A stretch of 63,924 nt of DNA, counting the filler, from Asterionella formosa (taxonomy: Eukaryota), in assembly GCA_002256025.1 (NCBI GenBank). It is 13 parts of 13 records of this genome, joined end to end, with 100 filler letters (N's around TTAATTAATTAA, not from the genome) between each part and the next. Parts side by side here need not be neighbours in the genome. Positions count along the whole stretch, not along the records: positions 1 to 4,837 come from NKIB01013331.1; positions 4,938 to 9,772 come from NKIB01013332.1; positions 9,873 to 14,703 come from NKIB01013333.1; 10 more parts are not named here. One strand, written 5' to 3'. The notes below the pieces were generated by a model, which saw only the letters and a list, made by a program, of their open reading frames with translations, was not told where the DNA came from and made no database searches. Position 1 is the stretch's first letter, and every line of letters begins with the position of its first letter. The position numbers were made by a program, and so were the translations under genes. Shown here piece by piece: positions 1 through 13,075 of this stretch.

Positions 1-1209
1 TGTTCATTGCTTTGGTCCATCTTTCTTTGTCTACTTCGCAACAATTATATTAAAGTATGTATGGCCGTTAGTGGAGACCAAAATGCAATGCAATCAAGAT
101 TTAGTTGCCTTTCTTTTTTCCTTCCTCCAAAGATGTTTACAAACAGAAATTATAGTGGTACATCAAATATGTTGAGCCCAATCAATTTCAGAAATGAATT
201 TGAGTGGGTACATGTTCCTGTTTCAACAAACAACAAAGGAGGACCCACATTCCCCATAACATCAATCTTGTATCCTTGATTGATGCAAGGCATTCTCTTG
301 TCACCACGAAAATCAATCCTCTCAATTCCAAGACTCTCTTATCAATTGCATCATTTTAAATTACTTCGAAATGGATCAAATCCTTCTTGTACTTTTCGTT
401 GAAACCTTTAGATATCTTTCTCCTTTCCTTGGTTTTTGGTTGAAACTTGTAGACAGAATTCACCACAGCAAGCTTTTGGCAATTCTGACAAATCGCCTCT
501 TCATGTTGAGACATGGGCATTGGATTTATGCTGACGGGCAAGGATTACCTTCAGTGCCTTGCTTGTTAGTATTGTTACCATTTGTCGTGCTGTTTTTTTC
601 TATTCGTTCTCCCTTTGTCACTGAAAATCAATTGCAAGTTTCCAACAAGCTCATGGAACATGGAACGAATGGTACTACCTGTCATCAAGAACATCTGAGA
701 CTCAATGAGGATGGCATTGCTGGTCGATCATAGTTATAGCAAGGAGTTGATGGTGAAGATCAAACAATGACAAACAGAGGTATCATCATGGTGAGTGTAG
801 CAATCAAGTGTGAGGCTGTGGCTCCTCAGTGTATGTGGCATTTATTTGTCAAGAGATTCATGATGGTTTATTATTAACAAGTGGTATGTTCATTCATATA
901 TTTAATGAAGAGGAAATGAACGACATCAACTAGTAGGACGACTCTACTTTTATGTATTCAAAACAAATTTTGGGTTGTGCTAAATTTTACAAATGTAGAA
1001 CGAGCTACTGGTACAATGGGCCGGTGTGTACCATATCGTGAGAGACCACGTATGTACCAAACTCAAACTTCACTCCAAGTTCAACATAGTAGTACTAGAT
1101 ATACCGTCTTAAATTATGAAATGGGAATGAACGGAAGTTCAGACTTCGGCTGAAAAACCGGCCTACTGTCCGAACATTTCTACGAAAATCAGCGTAAGCG
1201 TCCGGTAGA

Positions 1210-1649
1210 TGTCTGATGATGTTCCATACATGCGCCGTACAAACCATACCGGCGCAACCACCAGATTAGGTACATCCGTGAGTGAGAGCTAACAACGATG
1301 TACTTGAAACAACAATACATAGAATAGTCATAATATAGTAATTCCCCATTATTCATGACAAGGTTCCCTCAACAGAACTACAATATCTGTTCTCTCTCCC
1401 TCGTCCGCACCTGTGATGTTGCGGCTCGTGTCGGCGGTGCAAACCAGCACTGTTTTTGACACGCAACTGTGCAACACCAATTGCCTGTTCGCTTTCCCTG
1501 TCTCTCGGGCCTTCTTCCGCCATTGCGACTCCATTCGTTTCCGCTGTTTTTCCAGTCCCTCATCCGCTCTTGATGCCGATCGAGGGCACACCTACAGCCC
1601 TCACTGTAACCCGCCTTCGCAAGGAAATCTTCGCCAACGCTCGCTCTGG
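1210..1649 (+). mobile_element. 5' LTR (1210-1374) plus leader and gag N-terminus of a CoDi-like Ty1/copia element, truncated
   Basis: TG...CA ~165-bp LTR (TGTCTGATG...CCCTCAACA). It is homologous to the reverse complement of ~32197-32633. The gag start PHPLLMPIEGTPTALTVTRLRKEIFANARS matches the contig-7 copy. Confidence 0.8.
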
Positions 1650-3228
1650 TACAGACACAAATGAGGATGGAGAGGCAGTTAGTAGTTCGAAAAGGAGCTT
1701 TGACTTGAAACGGAAGCGACCTAACCGCGATTCTCGTGAACGTGGACACACGAATAGCTGGAACGGAGAAAAGACGCATGGACGAAACCACCCGAGATAA
1801 CCTCAGAGCGAGAGACATTTCTTTCGTCAAGGAGAACAAATCGACCGAAAACTGGATCCCTGCCATGGAGAACCTGTGGGTGACGACAGCGCTCGTCTTT
1901 TGCATCGAGCCCCAGTTGGTACGCGGCCATGTCAGCCTCCTAGTAGTCAACCAGACAATGCTGGAAATTACAGCAGCCGACAGAATCACTATGGATTGGC
2001 ACCTCGTGGCGAGAAACGTGCCGGGTATGACTATAGCCACAGAAGTTTTGCCATGCCGGAAACAAACAGTAAGAAACTAGATTCTCGACCAGTTGTTCCA
2101 AAATCAAAAGCTTTTCGGTCACAGGGGTCTTGCAATCAAGACGACATTCCTTGGGACAAGTTTGTTCGTCGTCCAAGCTTTTGCAGGGAAGGTGCGAATG
2201 GTAAAATGGACGATTCTCCACGTGACAAATCTATGCGACATCCCGCTGTTCGTGGAGAATTCTTGAAAATTACACGAGACCAGTTTCTTCCATCGTTGCC
2301 GTTTGGAAGTCAAGACAACTTGCAGCGGGACAGGGATGTGAGATCAAATGTCGGCAGTCCCAAGAAGGAGACTTGGAAATCGGACTCGTATCACGGCTAT
2401 GTCTCGCGGTCATCTTCTCATACGCCTCGAGATAATCGCGGAACCTATCGAGGCGATGGAACACCGAGAGTCCACGGAATAACACCCAGTAGTGATGAGT
2501 ATTCGCTGCCGAGGCAACTCTCTCACGTTGATTTTCAACTCCCGGCTTTGGACCATCCACAGCGACCATTGTTGAACAATCGACAGGATTCATTAAAGAA
2601 TCGGTGGGTACCTCCAAATAGGAATATAAGTTCTGCGCCTTCTATTGATAAGAATGAAGCAGCGCCTACTATTATAAACTTTGCCAATTCTGTTGAGGTC
2701 AACATCAACGAAAGAAGAAAAACTCCTTTTACGAAGAATGAATCGCCTCAAGAGGAAGTCAAACCAAGTTGTAATTTCAAGGTGGAAGACATGTCTACTT
2801 CAGTTGCATCAGAGAAGGTACATGGCAACTCAATTTGTGATCCAAGTCCATTTGCTGCCACGAATGTTGCCACCCTTCGATCGTTTGATTCAACAAGTTC
2901 AGGTGACAACATGGAATCGAACGATGAGAAAGTAGACAAATTCCTGACTCGGCGACGAACTCCTTTGGAAGAGTTACCGAATCCGGAACCAACAGACTCC
3001 TCATTGGACTCATCAAAGAAGGAAATGCTTAAACCTTTCGGGCAAATACTGCCATCGGATCCTGTGGTGAGCGAATCGCCTCACTCTTCAAGCAGCTCAT
3101 TGGCTGATGCTCATATAACTGAGGGAAAAAAGGAAATTTCCGAGCAGGTCAAACTGGATCCTCCCAATGACACATTGTTGGTGGAATCCAATGAATACAA
3201 AATCTTTGCGGCCGTATTTGAAGAATAA
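1650..3228 (+). pseudogene. Low-complexity Ser/Pro/Arg-rich host-like coding sequence fused in frame to the gag fragment, with one in-frame stop at 1798-1800
   Basis: ORFs 1456-1800 and 1876-3228 are in the same frame. No recognisable domain. Confidence 0.5.
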
Positions 3229-4634
3229 GGGTTACGAACAACTTCTGTTGGACAAGGAGGCGCAAGGTTTACGGGGGTCTACATCGGGGGCAGCTCTAAA
3301 CTGATCTTTATCAGAAATATGCTTCAGGGGAACAAGAGCAGCGTCGATTACCTCATGTTCTTAGTTCTTGGTCGTTTTATGGTACTCCCTTGTTAATAAT
3401 CACTGAATTATTGTGGTGCATGGGTTCTGTACTTCAAACTGATCCCAGTAACATGCATGAGCTGGCAACAACTGCTGAATTTTATTTACAATTGAACCTT
3501 AAAATGTTTAAGTTGATGAATTACTACCGGTACTTCACTTCCTTTCAGGTTTTGTAAACTTTTGTAGGACAACATAAGGAGTGTTCAAAACAGGACCCGC
3601 CTTGTCAGGACTAGCTAGTATGTTGGGGAAATTCCATTCATTTTAGTATGCGAGATATTTCGTCTTCACATGATAGGTTAATTTACACCATATCGGCAGT
3701 TCACCAAGCAAGAAATGACCATAAGCAGGGGGTAGTACCCTTCACTGATCTTGGAAAATTTTACAACATTTTTGCATGCTGAGATTACAATTTAAAAGTA
3801 CGGCGTAGACGGAGTGTACCCACGTACATGTGATGTCCCATTCATACATCGAATGACCGACACCAACAAAAAGTGGGAAACCGCTAATGTCCACTTGCAA
3901 ATTATTTAACATGGTACTCCGTACCAGGGACCCGTAGCTTAATATGGAGTCAATCACTACATAGTACCGGTATCCTAAATATAAACGAGCGAAGTGCAAG
4001 GTAGCAGGTACCGATACAATACCAAAAGCACTTTTGTTGATATATGTCTTGCCTCTGGTGAACACAATGCAGAGAATTTTTGTACATATGTAAGCGGCTG
4101 ATCATGCTGTTTCGTCATCGAATTCGAATGACTTCTTTAGGGTGACAGACAGTCATCGTGTGATTGTTTGGGGTTCCCATCCATCCACGAAAACATGATT
4201 GGACATTTTGCAAACACAAAATTAAATTCGGATGATGCAAGTTTAAAAATTATTTCTGTTTCTATCGGTGAAGAAAACCACAAGGCATCAAAATGGAGCG
4301 TCATTGAAGGACATAAAAGTGTCACTCTCACCCTCATGCTACGACCTGCAATATGTACCGCGCAGAAAAACCACCGGTATTCGCTTTGCATCACTCTCCA
4401 TCGCTTCTCCCAGACCAGATCGATCGTACAGGCACCACATTGCTCCCGTGCCAATGTATTCTTGTACTTTGCTTAGTGAAATCCTTTTAAAAGTCATGCA
4501 ACGTTATCCGAGGTCTTTGGTTTGATTCCAAAAAGGTTAAACGATCATAAAAATGAAATGAAATTGATAAAATTAACTATTATTTACATATATTTATATA
4601 TTCATTCGGCTTGGTCCAATTCTTTGCGAATCAT

Positions 4635-4837
4635 TCACAAGACAAGCAAGCTCCTTCGTTGACGCTGCTTCGTAATGTTTTGAACAATATTCTCTGCCAA
4701 GACAATGGTAGAGTCTGTTGATCCGCCCCAGGAATCGCTATCATTCAATGAATCATCAAGGGAGGAGATGCTAGAATTGAAATCTTGCTGTATCATTGAA
4801 AGCATCGCTGCTGTTTGTGAGTTGCGTCGCTCAAAGC
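4635..4837 (-). CDS. 3' end of a hypothetical protein (FERRNSQTAAML...RRSLLVL*), cut by the contig end
   Basis: Manual translation gives an open frame from the contig edge to TGA at 4635. Confidence 0.4.
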
Positions 4838-4937
4838 NNNNNNNNNNNNNNNNNNNNNNNNNNNNNNNNNNNNNNNNNNNNTTAATTAATTAANNNNNNN
4901 NNNNNNNNNNNNNNNNNNNNNNNNNNNNNNNNNNNNN
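4838..4937. other. Artificial contig spacer (N-run, TTAATTAATTAA, N-run). Also at ~9773, 14704, 19616, 24545, 29474, 34402, 39329, 44252, 49178, 54091 and 59011
   Basis: Identical ~100-nt linker with stops in all six frames, recurring every ~4.9 kb. Confidence 0.99.
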
Positions 4938-6215
4938 ATTTCTACTTTCTCAATTGAAGTAGATGATGAACCTTTGTTTACCTGTTCCCTCAATCATCCA
5001 ATTTTGGCAGACAATATTCAATATCCTCTGGATTATAACTCCATACATGATAGACAATTGCTGGCTATACAATTGATTCTCAATCAAACAAACCAAACAC
5101 ATCCGTTAAGATTTCCCTCTATCAATTTTCATCATATACATTTAATATATTTTGTGAAGAATCCAGGAGATACTTGACGTATTGTTATTCCTACATCACT
5201 ATCGAATCCTATTATTTATTGGTATCATCAGATGTTAACTCATGTGGGTATGACAAGATTAAATGCCACAGTTTCTACACATTTTTACTATCCTCCATGA
5301 AAAGCAAGAGTGGAACATATTGCAAGCATATATGAAACATGTCAAAACGTACAAAATTACCTTGTGCTTGGTTTTGGTGAACTTCCACCAAGGAATGCAT
5401 TGTTATTACAATGCTCAGAAGTCACAGTGGATTTCATTGGTCCACGGAAGATAACAGTGACTCCACAAGCGATTGAATTTCATGCTCCAACTTGAGTTAA
5501 CACAGTCACCAATTTACCAGAAATTTCACATATCGATAATAAGACATCAGAATATATTGCGATGAAATTTAAAAATGATTGGTTAGAAAGATATCTCCGT
5601 CCAGAAGGTTGTATACATGACAATGGAGGTCAATTTACTGGTATTCCTTTCATACACATGTAAGTGGCTGTTGAATGGAATTAAAATTGGGACCATTACA
5701 GTCAAGAATCCACAAACAAATGCTATCCGTGAACGTTTACATCAATCTATCAGTAACAATCTATGTACGAGTTATGTTAAAGGCTCATCCTCCAATCAAG
5801 GAATTTCAAGTTCAGAATATTGTGGATACCAGTTTGCTGCATCATATGCAGCTCGAGCTACTATTTATAGTACATTGTGTATTTTCACCAGGAACATGGA
5901 TTTTCCAACATGATTTGATTACAGATATGTAATTGATATTGGGATATCAATGTCGATAAGTGATAATTGACAAATGACTACGTCGTGATAATTTCCGTCG
6001 TCGTTCTTGCAATTACAAGGTTGTTGATGAGGTTTTAATCCTATTGGATAATCCTACTACCTTGGATAACCATGGACGAGGTCCTTATTCTATTATTCAA
6101 GTATATGCCAATGGTACAGTTACTTTTCAACAAACTATGCATACTACGGAACGAATTAATATTCACTACATCAAACCTTTTCAAAGGTAAAAGGTTTTCC
6201 CTTGGTGTGGGAGAG
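4938..6215 (+). pseudogene. Degenerate Ty3/gypsy integrase region followed by a polypurine tract
   Basis: Fragments WYHQMLTHVGMTRL (zinc-finger region), VTVDFIGP, CIHDNGGQFTG and NPQTNAIRERLHQ (DDE core), broken by stops and frameshifts. GGTGTGGGAGAG lies immediately before the LTR. Confidence 0.85.
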
Positions 6216-6383
6216 TGAGCGATCTTGCACATCAATACAGATGTATATAGGGTTAGTGTTATATCATATATGTATCAGAACTCAATAATGAGAGAACTCG
6301 ACTAACCCTCATTGTATACTTTGGTGTCGACTTAGAGAATGAGTTACACACAAGGATTAACAAATAAGCTCATATATTCAACA
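6216..6383 (+). mobile_element. 3' LTR of the gypsy element (168 bp, TG...CA)
   Basis: TGAGCGATC...ATTCAACA follows the PPT. A near-identical copy starts at 9621. Confidence 0.85.
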
Positions 6384-7044
6384 AATACTACTACTTCTAG
6401 TTAGATACTTCACCAGGTACCCGTAATGAGTAAAGCTACCAGGTACCTGGTACCTGATGGTATGGTCGTACTGATGATATGCAAACATTCATGATCAGGT
6501 ACCACTACCTTTGTACACGGTGCTAGTAAATTCCTAGTGCACTAGCCTCCACTACGGGTAGCATTCTCTGTCGAATAAAAAGTGACTACCTGGTACCGGT
6601 AGTCTACCAGGGTGGTACCTCTATAGTACCTATGTACCGGTACATGATATGCATTCCCGGCATCATAGCTACATACCGTCGTCTATGCTTGATTTAAAAA
6701 ACTGCCGGCATGCATGATTTACTGTGTATACGCATATGACTTACCGGTAGTCACAATCTACCGTATGCATAATCATATCACCTAAAATCGAAAGGTATAA
6801 ATGACAGTGGGATTGTTCAGAACAGATGGTATTGAAGGTATATCTATATATTGGAGAAGCGGTCATTTTGTCGTTGGAAGTATGTATAAAATGTTAAACT
6901 TCGGAAAGCTGCTTAGCGTTGAAAAATACTCCGGAGTATTTGATAACTTGAACTTCAACAGGACCTCCAATTGTTGTGCTCGTTTATAGGACACACATTT
7001 ACAAATTCTTGGTCCAAATTATCTCACAATATTTCGTTCTCAAG

Positions 7045-7635
7045 ATGAAGCGAATTTGTAGCGAACCCCAAAATGCAACGAAGTCCGTCAGTTTCAGCGA
7101 GCGCGTCAAGGTTAAATGTACGACCCACCTTAATGACCTAACTCCTGTTGAAAAGACCCGCATTTGGTACTCTCCATCGGAATATACTGAAATGAAAATG
7201 GAGTTCCTCGAGATCGCTCAGATAATCACTGCCGCAAAGGAGGAGGGCACTAAGCTCGATAAGGATCAAGTGTGCTCCAGAGGTCTCGAGAGAAGAACAC
7301 GAAATGGCTCTACACAGTTCAGGCGCAACGTCGAAAATACTCGCAACGTCGTCCTGAAGGAGCAACAACGCCAAAAAGTGACTGGTGTAAAAAGTCCAGA
7401 GTGTCTTAGATTTGCATCCTCAAATGTCACATACTACTGCGTGAAAAAGGCCACGCAAATTGGCACTTTTGACGAACAGCAAATAATGCATGATAAAAAC
7501 AACGAGAGTATCATCAAGCGCAATGACGCATTTGTTGACAAGACGATACTGGACAAACCAAAGTATTCAGCCCAAGAAACAGCATTTTCGATCAGCAAGC
7601 CATCATGTTCGCGAGTTATACCTAGCTCGGCCTAG
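7045..7635 (+). CDS. Diatom-type hypothetical protein (VSFSERV..WY..RGLE motif)
   Basis: Intact ORF from ATG 7045 with KSVSFSERVKV, IWYSPSEY and CSRGLE motifs, typical of an expanded diatom family. Confidence 0.7.
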   Translation: MKRICSEPQNATKSVSFSERVKVKCTTHLNDLTPVEKTRIWYSPSEYTEMKMEFLEIAQIITAAKEEGTKLDKDQVCSRGLERRTRNGSTQFRRNVENTRNVVLKEQQRQKVTGVKSPECLRFASSNVTYYCVKKATQIGTFDEQQIMHDKNNESIIKRNDAFVDKTILDKPKYSAQETAFSISKPSCSRVIPSSA

Positions 7636-8679
7636 ATAATCTCAATCTGGAAAAATCTGTAACTATTCACAGCAGTCAGCTACTACCCTTTGCGCAAAGC
7701 TATCTACTCCAATAATATATTGCTAGTCACGAAAAGATGCAAATAGCTACATTATGATAGATGAACACTAGATAGTCTCAAACTCCCAACAAATGTGCAT
7801 CATAATAATAGTTTTTACTTCCTTTAGTGATTGTTCTACTGTTGAGGGTTGACAAAAAATGATTAAAACTTGTGGGGTCTTGGGTGAAAACCATTTCAGT
7901 TTCTTTAAAAGTCACATGAGCGTTTCACAAACAAATAAACTCTGATATAACATGTAGAATATCGTGTTGAATCACCAAAACGGTGATACTACATAGCTAC
8001 TTACAGGCATGACGTGAAAATATCAAGGACAGGAATAATAGCTGTGTCTGGAAGTGAACGGCAACGACACACACATGAGCCAAACTCGTCAACAGATTTG
8101 AACAGTTCATATCTGCCATCGTCATACTCGACGTGCCACGCTGTATCAGGTGATAAGTATCTTTTGAGCAATGACTCGGCAACTTTGACTAGCAGAATGT
8201 GTACCCAATAACCATTCAAAAGACAGGAAGGGAAACAAGCGCGTGTGTCACAAATAATTTTTGACCAAATCTCGCTTGCTTCACTTGAACTTGCTAAACT
8301 CTGCTATTTCAAAAGTATTTGAAGAAATTTTCCCAGATACAACCTCCCTATAGGCTATAAAATAGCTACTCAGGTTTTTGAAATTCAAAGATGTTGTCCA
8401 CATCTTTGGCTAGCAATTTCCCACCAACACGAACAGATATCCACTTATTAGTCTGTCGAATTCGCCTGACGAACCATAGGATGTGAAGGCCAGCGCATTT
8501 ACTTACTCTAAGAAGCTTTAAAGCAAGACAATGGCGTCGGAAGCAGGTATGCACCATTAATGTCGAATTGGTTGCGGCAATAGACCAACATCTATCGCAA
8601 CACGTAATTTTCAAGGCAGCACGCAAACATACATTTGAAAGCGTAGAAGAATTTTGTCGAAGATCAAAGCAAAAATTTT

Positions 8680-8960
8680 GTTCTTATGTTTGTGTTCTGC
8701 ATCGGCTTTTGGTGAGAGTGAAGAAGTGCTGGTCAACATGGCGAACATGGAACTGGCCATGTGCAAATGTTGATATGGTTTATTACTTTGATCAACATCA
8801 TTTGCTTTTCACGATGAGTTGGCTGTCGTTCATTCTTCCATTTGTGTCTCATTGCAATTTATCCAAGAGTCTAGCCCATATTGCCATAATGCCTTTACCA
8901 TCAAAGCAGTCCACTGTCCAGATGTGTTTATGTCAGAGATCTGGTGTGACGCCACCAGGT
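8680..8960 (-). pseudogene. Possible decayed C-terminus of a non-LTR retrotransposon ORF
   Basis: Manual translation WTALMVKALWQYGLDSWINCNE resembles the W...W..RN terminal motif of LINE-type RT proteins. Heavily disrupted. Confidence 0.3.
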
Positions 8961-9620
8961 AAGGAGCATTAGTCACACCTGTAAGGAGTTGACTTTGCAA
9001 ATAATTTAACTATTTGACATTTTTATAGAGATGCAGTGTTCGTCTGCCGCCGCCTACCGGTACCGGTATTCAATGGTGATGGATTTTATGTACCGGTATA
9101 TCCCCGTACCATAGTCGGATTGGGAAAACATGAGAATTACGTTACCAGGGTACCTGGTTCCCCTGGCAGAGTTGTTACCTGGTACCAGTACCAGGTACCT
9201 GTAGGAGGAGTTCTGATACCGGTATTCATTTACAGACCTGCTGCTGTCCATCCCCCAGCATCATGTACCAGTACCTGGTACCAGATATCTGGAATCTGGA
9301 AACAGGTACGGTACATGCACCGCAAAATCCCCGTATACATACCGGTAGGCAGTATTACTGGTATGTTATGCAGATTGGAGGCAAAGAAATGTCGGTGGAG
9401 AAGAAGAATGTGAAATGTCTGCCTTTATGTACCAGGTAACGGTTCCGGTTTGGTATTGGTGACATACCTGGCAAGTTGCGGTAATTTTGCTGAGACTAAA
9501 GATTTAGCTATCTTTATCCTAGATTAAAATGTTAGTTTCAAGCAAAATGACCGCAACTTGCTTTGGTACAAGGTGCCATGGCCCTGACTCTACTTCTGGC
9601 ACCTGGGACCTGGTACCTGG

Positions 9621-9772
9621 TGAGCGATCTTGCGCATCAATACAGATGTATATAGGGTTAGTGTTATATCATATATGTATCAGAACTCAATAATGAGAGA
9701 ACTCGACTAACCCTCATTGTATACTTTGGTGTCGACTTGGAGAACGAGTTACACACAAGGATTAACAAATAA
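9621..9772 (+). mobile_element. Second LTR of the same gypsy family, truncated by the contig end
   Basis: About 3 substitutions relative to 6216-6367, same orientation. Confidence 0.85.
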
Positions 9773-9872
9773 NNNNNNNNNNNNNNNNNNNNNNNNNNNN
9801 NNNNNNNNNNNNNNNNTTAATTAATTAANNNNNNNNNNNNNNNNNNNNNNNNNNNNNNNNNNNNNNNNNNNN

Positions 9873-11287
9873 GTGGACCACCAATTCTGATGAATCCATG
9901 GGTAGTAGGCATATCGTACATTGTGTTTTTTACACACGGCTCGGACTGTGGGGGCAATGTAGGGGTAATAGGCCGATGACATACGAGGGAATAAGTGATG
10001 TTCCACTTGAAAGTTCAACCCTCCCGTGAGTGCACCTGCGATAAATCCACCATAGGTACAGGATGTTTCAACTTGCGACTTGAACCAGCAAACGGGTTCA
10101 CCAGAGGTGCGAGCGTCCTTGGTGGGGTCGCGGTCGGCATGAACAAAGTTGTGGGAGAGAGAAAATAAGACAGCCAAGGTCAGGGATTCCGAAATGGCCA
10201 TGATGGTAATGTGAAAGGCGGCAGTGAGGGGAGAGTGGAATTGGAAGGGAACAATGACATTTACATAAATGTACAAAAGTCGCAAGGCAATTCCGTATTT
10301 GCGTCGGTCCTTGATGTAATCACTCTCCATTTTAAAGCCAACTCCCTGAGCACCAGCTTGCTGCAATGTCATGATTTCCGGATTGAACACCGATGACACC
10401 CAATATCCCGCAAGAACGACAAGATAGAAGAAAGCCTGGAATCTATGGAACCACTTGCGTGCCGGGTGGTCCAGCGGGTAGTCATTGAAAAGCATGAGGG
10501 GTTCTGCTCCAAACGAATCTGGATCTTTTTCAGCGTGATTTGTGTATGAGTGGTGCGTCCAATGCTGTTCCATCCATAACCACTTGCTGCCTCCAATAAA
10601 GTCCGCTCCGAGGCCCAAAACGTTGTTGACCCACGGTCGCTTCGAGGCAGCTCCGTGATTGGCATCGTGCTGAACATTGAGTCCGATCAGTGCCTGCGAT
10701 ACTCCATAAATCACAGCAAGGGTTACGGTGGATCCCTGCGTGAGCCAAACGTATTGCAAGCCAAAGAAGAAGGCCACGTAGCAGAAGCACCGAGCGAACC
10801 AGCCATAGGTTCCAAACTCCTGTCCGCGGCGGACAATCTTGAAGACTTCTCGCTTGATCTCTTGCTCAAACGGAGTGTCGAACTTGTATCTGTCGATGAA
10901 GCGGAGGCACGCGCGCAAAGGGAGTTGAGTCTCCACAGCTACAAAGAAACGCAGACGAACAGACGCAACATAACGCAAGCAACAGACTTACTCGCTGTGG
11001 TAATCCGGAATAATTCCAACGCGCTTCATCTTCTCCAAGTGTTTGCTCGTGTGATAGGGGTGAATCATATTGTACTGGATGGTGACATCATTGCCTCCGA
11101 ATATTCCAATCGACGATCCTCCGGGATGATCAAACGACGTGATGTCGTAAATGACTCCTTCAATGGCCACTTCGTTTCCCTTGAGTCCCTTCACGGTGGC
11201 AATGCGATCCTGAGTCGCAGCATCGCCGGCATTCTTCTCGGCGGATGCCGCTTTGCGTTGGCGCAACTTGTCTGCGTCGGGGGCCAT
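9873..11287 (-). CDS. Front-end delta-5 fatty acid desaturase with cytochrome b5 domain. Exons 11287-10992 and 10889-<9873; 3' end truncated
   Basis: HPGG b5 motif and the HDANH, HWTHH and QVEHH boxes. A GT-AG intron at 10991-10890 restores ...HSEYKFD. Confidence 0.93.
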
Positions 11288-12258
11288 TGTGTGCGGGAGT
11301 CACTCGTTGTTGGAAGTAACTGCAACAAATTCAATCAAGTTGATGTACAGGTAGGTATGCGGTAAGCGACAAGACTGTTGCAATATTATTATTATGATTG
11401 TCCGATTCTCCTCAGGGATCATTTTGAAGAAGGAACGAAGAAACCAAGCAACGCAAAAGACAGGACCAAAACCGAACAATTGGAATCCATACCACTACAT
11501 ACTGGTATACCGGCACTGGTATGCACGAGATTCAAAGGTGCTGGAATGTAAGAAACCCGGAAATTCGAGTAGAATCATACGGTTGTTCCACGGTTGAACA
11601 ACACCACGTGGACCGAGTGTTGGCCTTCTCTCCGAGTGACGATGTTCCGTCCGAGGAAAAACGTAGCAGTCGAATTAGTCCCTTATAGATACCTTTTCCT
11701 AGTCGTAAGAACAAGGTAAATACTGTACAGAAGTAAAGGTACGTAAGGGTATTATGTAGGACTACACCTACTACACGTGGTACCAGTAGCTGTCATTCAG
11801 AATTTTTCTTACTACATACCGAGGACTCTTTCGCTGTCTGACGCACGACGGGTGGCTGGCCAAAACTGGCTGGTGATGATCTGTTTGTTTACTTGATGAA
11901 CCGGCACTGTACCTGCAAATTGTTTTTCCTAAGAGTACCGTAGGTACCAGGGTACCTGGTACCAGGTACTATCTTTTACTACAACTCCCTCGGGTACCAG
12001 GGAACCGCCGGAGAGGAATCATTCCGGGTTTTTTTAAACGCACCCGACAAGCCGACGTAATGTTTTTCTTCAAAGTACAAACCGTCTTTTACAGCAAGAA
12101 ATCATCCCCAACAATTCCATTGTACCCTGGTACTAGGAAGCAGCAGGACCATATCTAGCACAGCCAGGTACTGGTACCAGGTACCAGGGTACTGGTATGA
12201 CATGATCATGGATACTGGAGGAATATCATATGTGTACTTTTTCCATCATTCATCGACC

Positions 12259-12997
12259 ATGTCATCGTTGCTAGTATCATTACGGCATTCCTACGGCTTT
12301 TTTCATAAACGACCATGGTTGTTGTCGTTGCGACAGTCCTTTCATTCCACCACCACCATCACCACAAACAATCAACAAACATCTTGGCAACGATCTGCCA
12401 AACTTGTCAAGAAGGATCCTACAGATGCTACTAGCACTGAAACGACCAAACATCTACATTATCTAGACACTATTCGAGCATCACATGATCCTTCATTACA
12501 TATTAAAACATTGGAAGATGAATTGATGGGAACTATGGGTGCTGCATTAGGGAAACAAGCAGAGAAGATTAAATATTATTTGCAACAAATGGAGATTCAA
12601 AAGAATATATACACAACGTTAGTACGAGAACAAGGAAGCGAACATATTTTGATACAAGAAACTGCGATACGATATAATGAATTTCGAAAAATGGCGAAAC
12701 AGGCAAGGTGGGAACTTTTGGTACATCGACAAGCAGTGGGATTTATTGTTAACAATCATAACGTTGGTGAGTGGAATCCACTATATTGTGTAGGAGGTCC
12801 GGAACTTTTTTGTATAGCAAATGACAGACAACGTAGGTCTCACTGTTGGACCTTTCCTTCCATCCATAGTACACGAAACATTTCCAATCGGAGAACCACT
12901 GCCAATGAATCCAAATGAGAAACCTGTTGTCAAAGAAGAGTTTACGAAATATGGCGATCAACGAGATTGGTGGGAACGTGTGGGGAGGTGGAAGTAG
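12259..12997 (+). CDS. Probable mitochondrial protein, DUF6665-like. Intron 12767-12869
   Basis: Ser/Arg-rich presequence and LEDELMGTMGAALGK...AKQARWELLVHRQAVG. GT-AG splicing gives a C-terminus ending DWWERVGRWK*. Confidence 0.65.
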
Positions 12998-13075
12998 ATA
13001 GAAAGTAGGTTGAATGTACTCTATAGATGAGGGGTTATTTCTGTAATGATTCGTTGCACGTCTCGCAATGAAAGT

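Noticed and set aside
1378..2040. 220-aa minus-strand ORF
   Set aside because: Antisense to the gag/host chimera, with no recognisable motifs.
4838..4937. Regularly spaced TTAATTAATTAA palindromes
   Set aside because: Artificial linkers between concatenated contigs. ORFs running into them and adjacency across them are artefacts.
9036..9413. ORFs rich in VPG/YQVP/GTR (also at 38534, 49333, 52543)
   Set aside because: Translation by-products of the GGTACC palindrome clusters.
10655..11365. 236-aa plus-strand ORF
   Set aside because: Antisense shadow of the desaturase gene.
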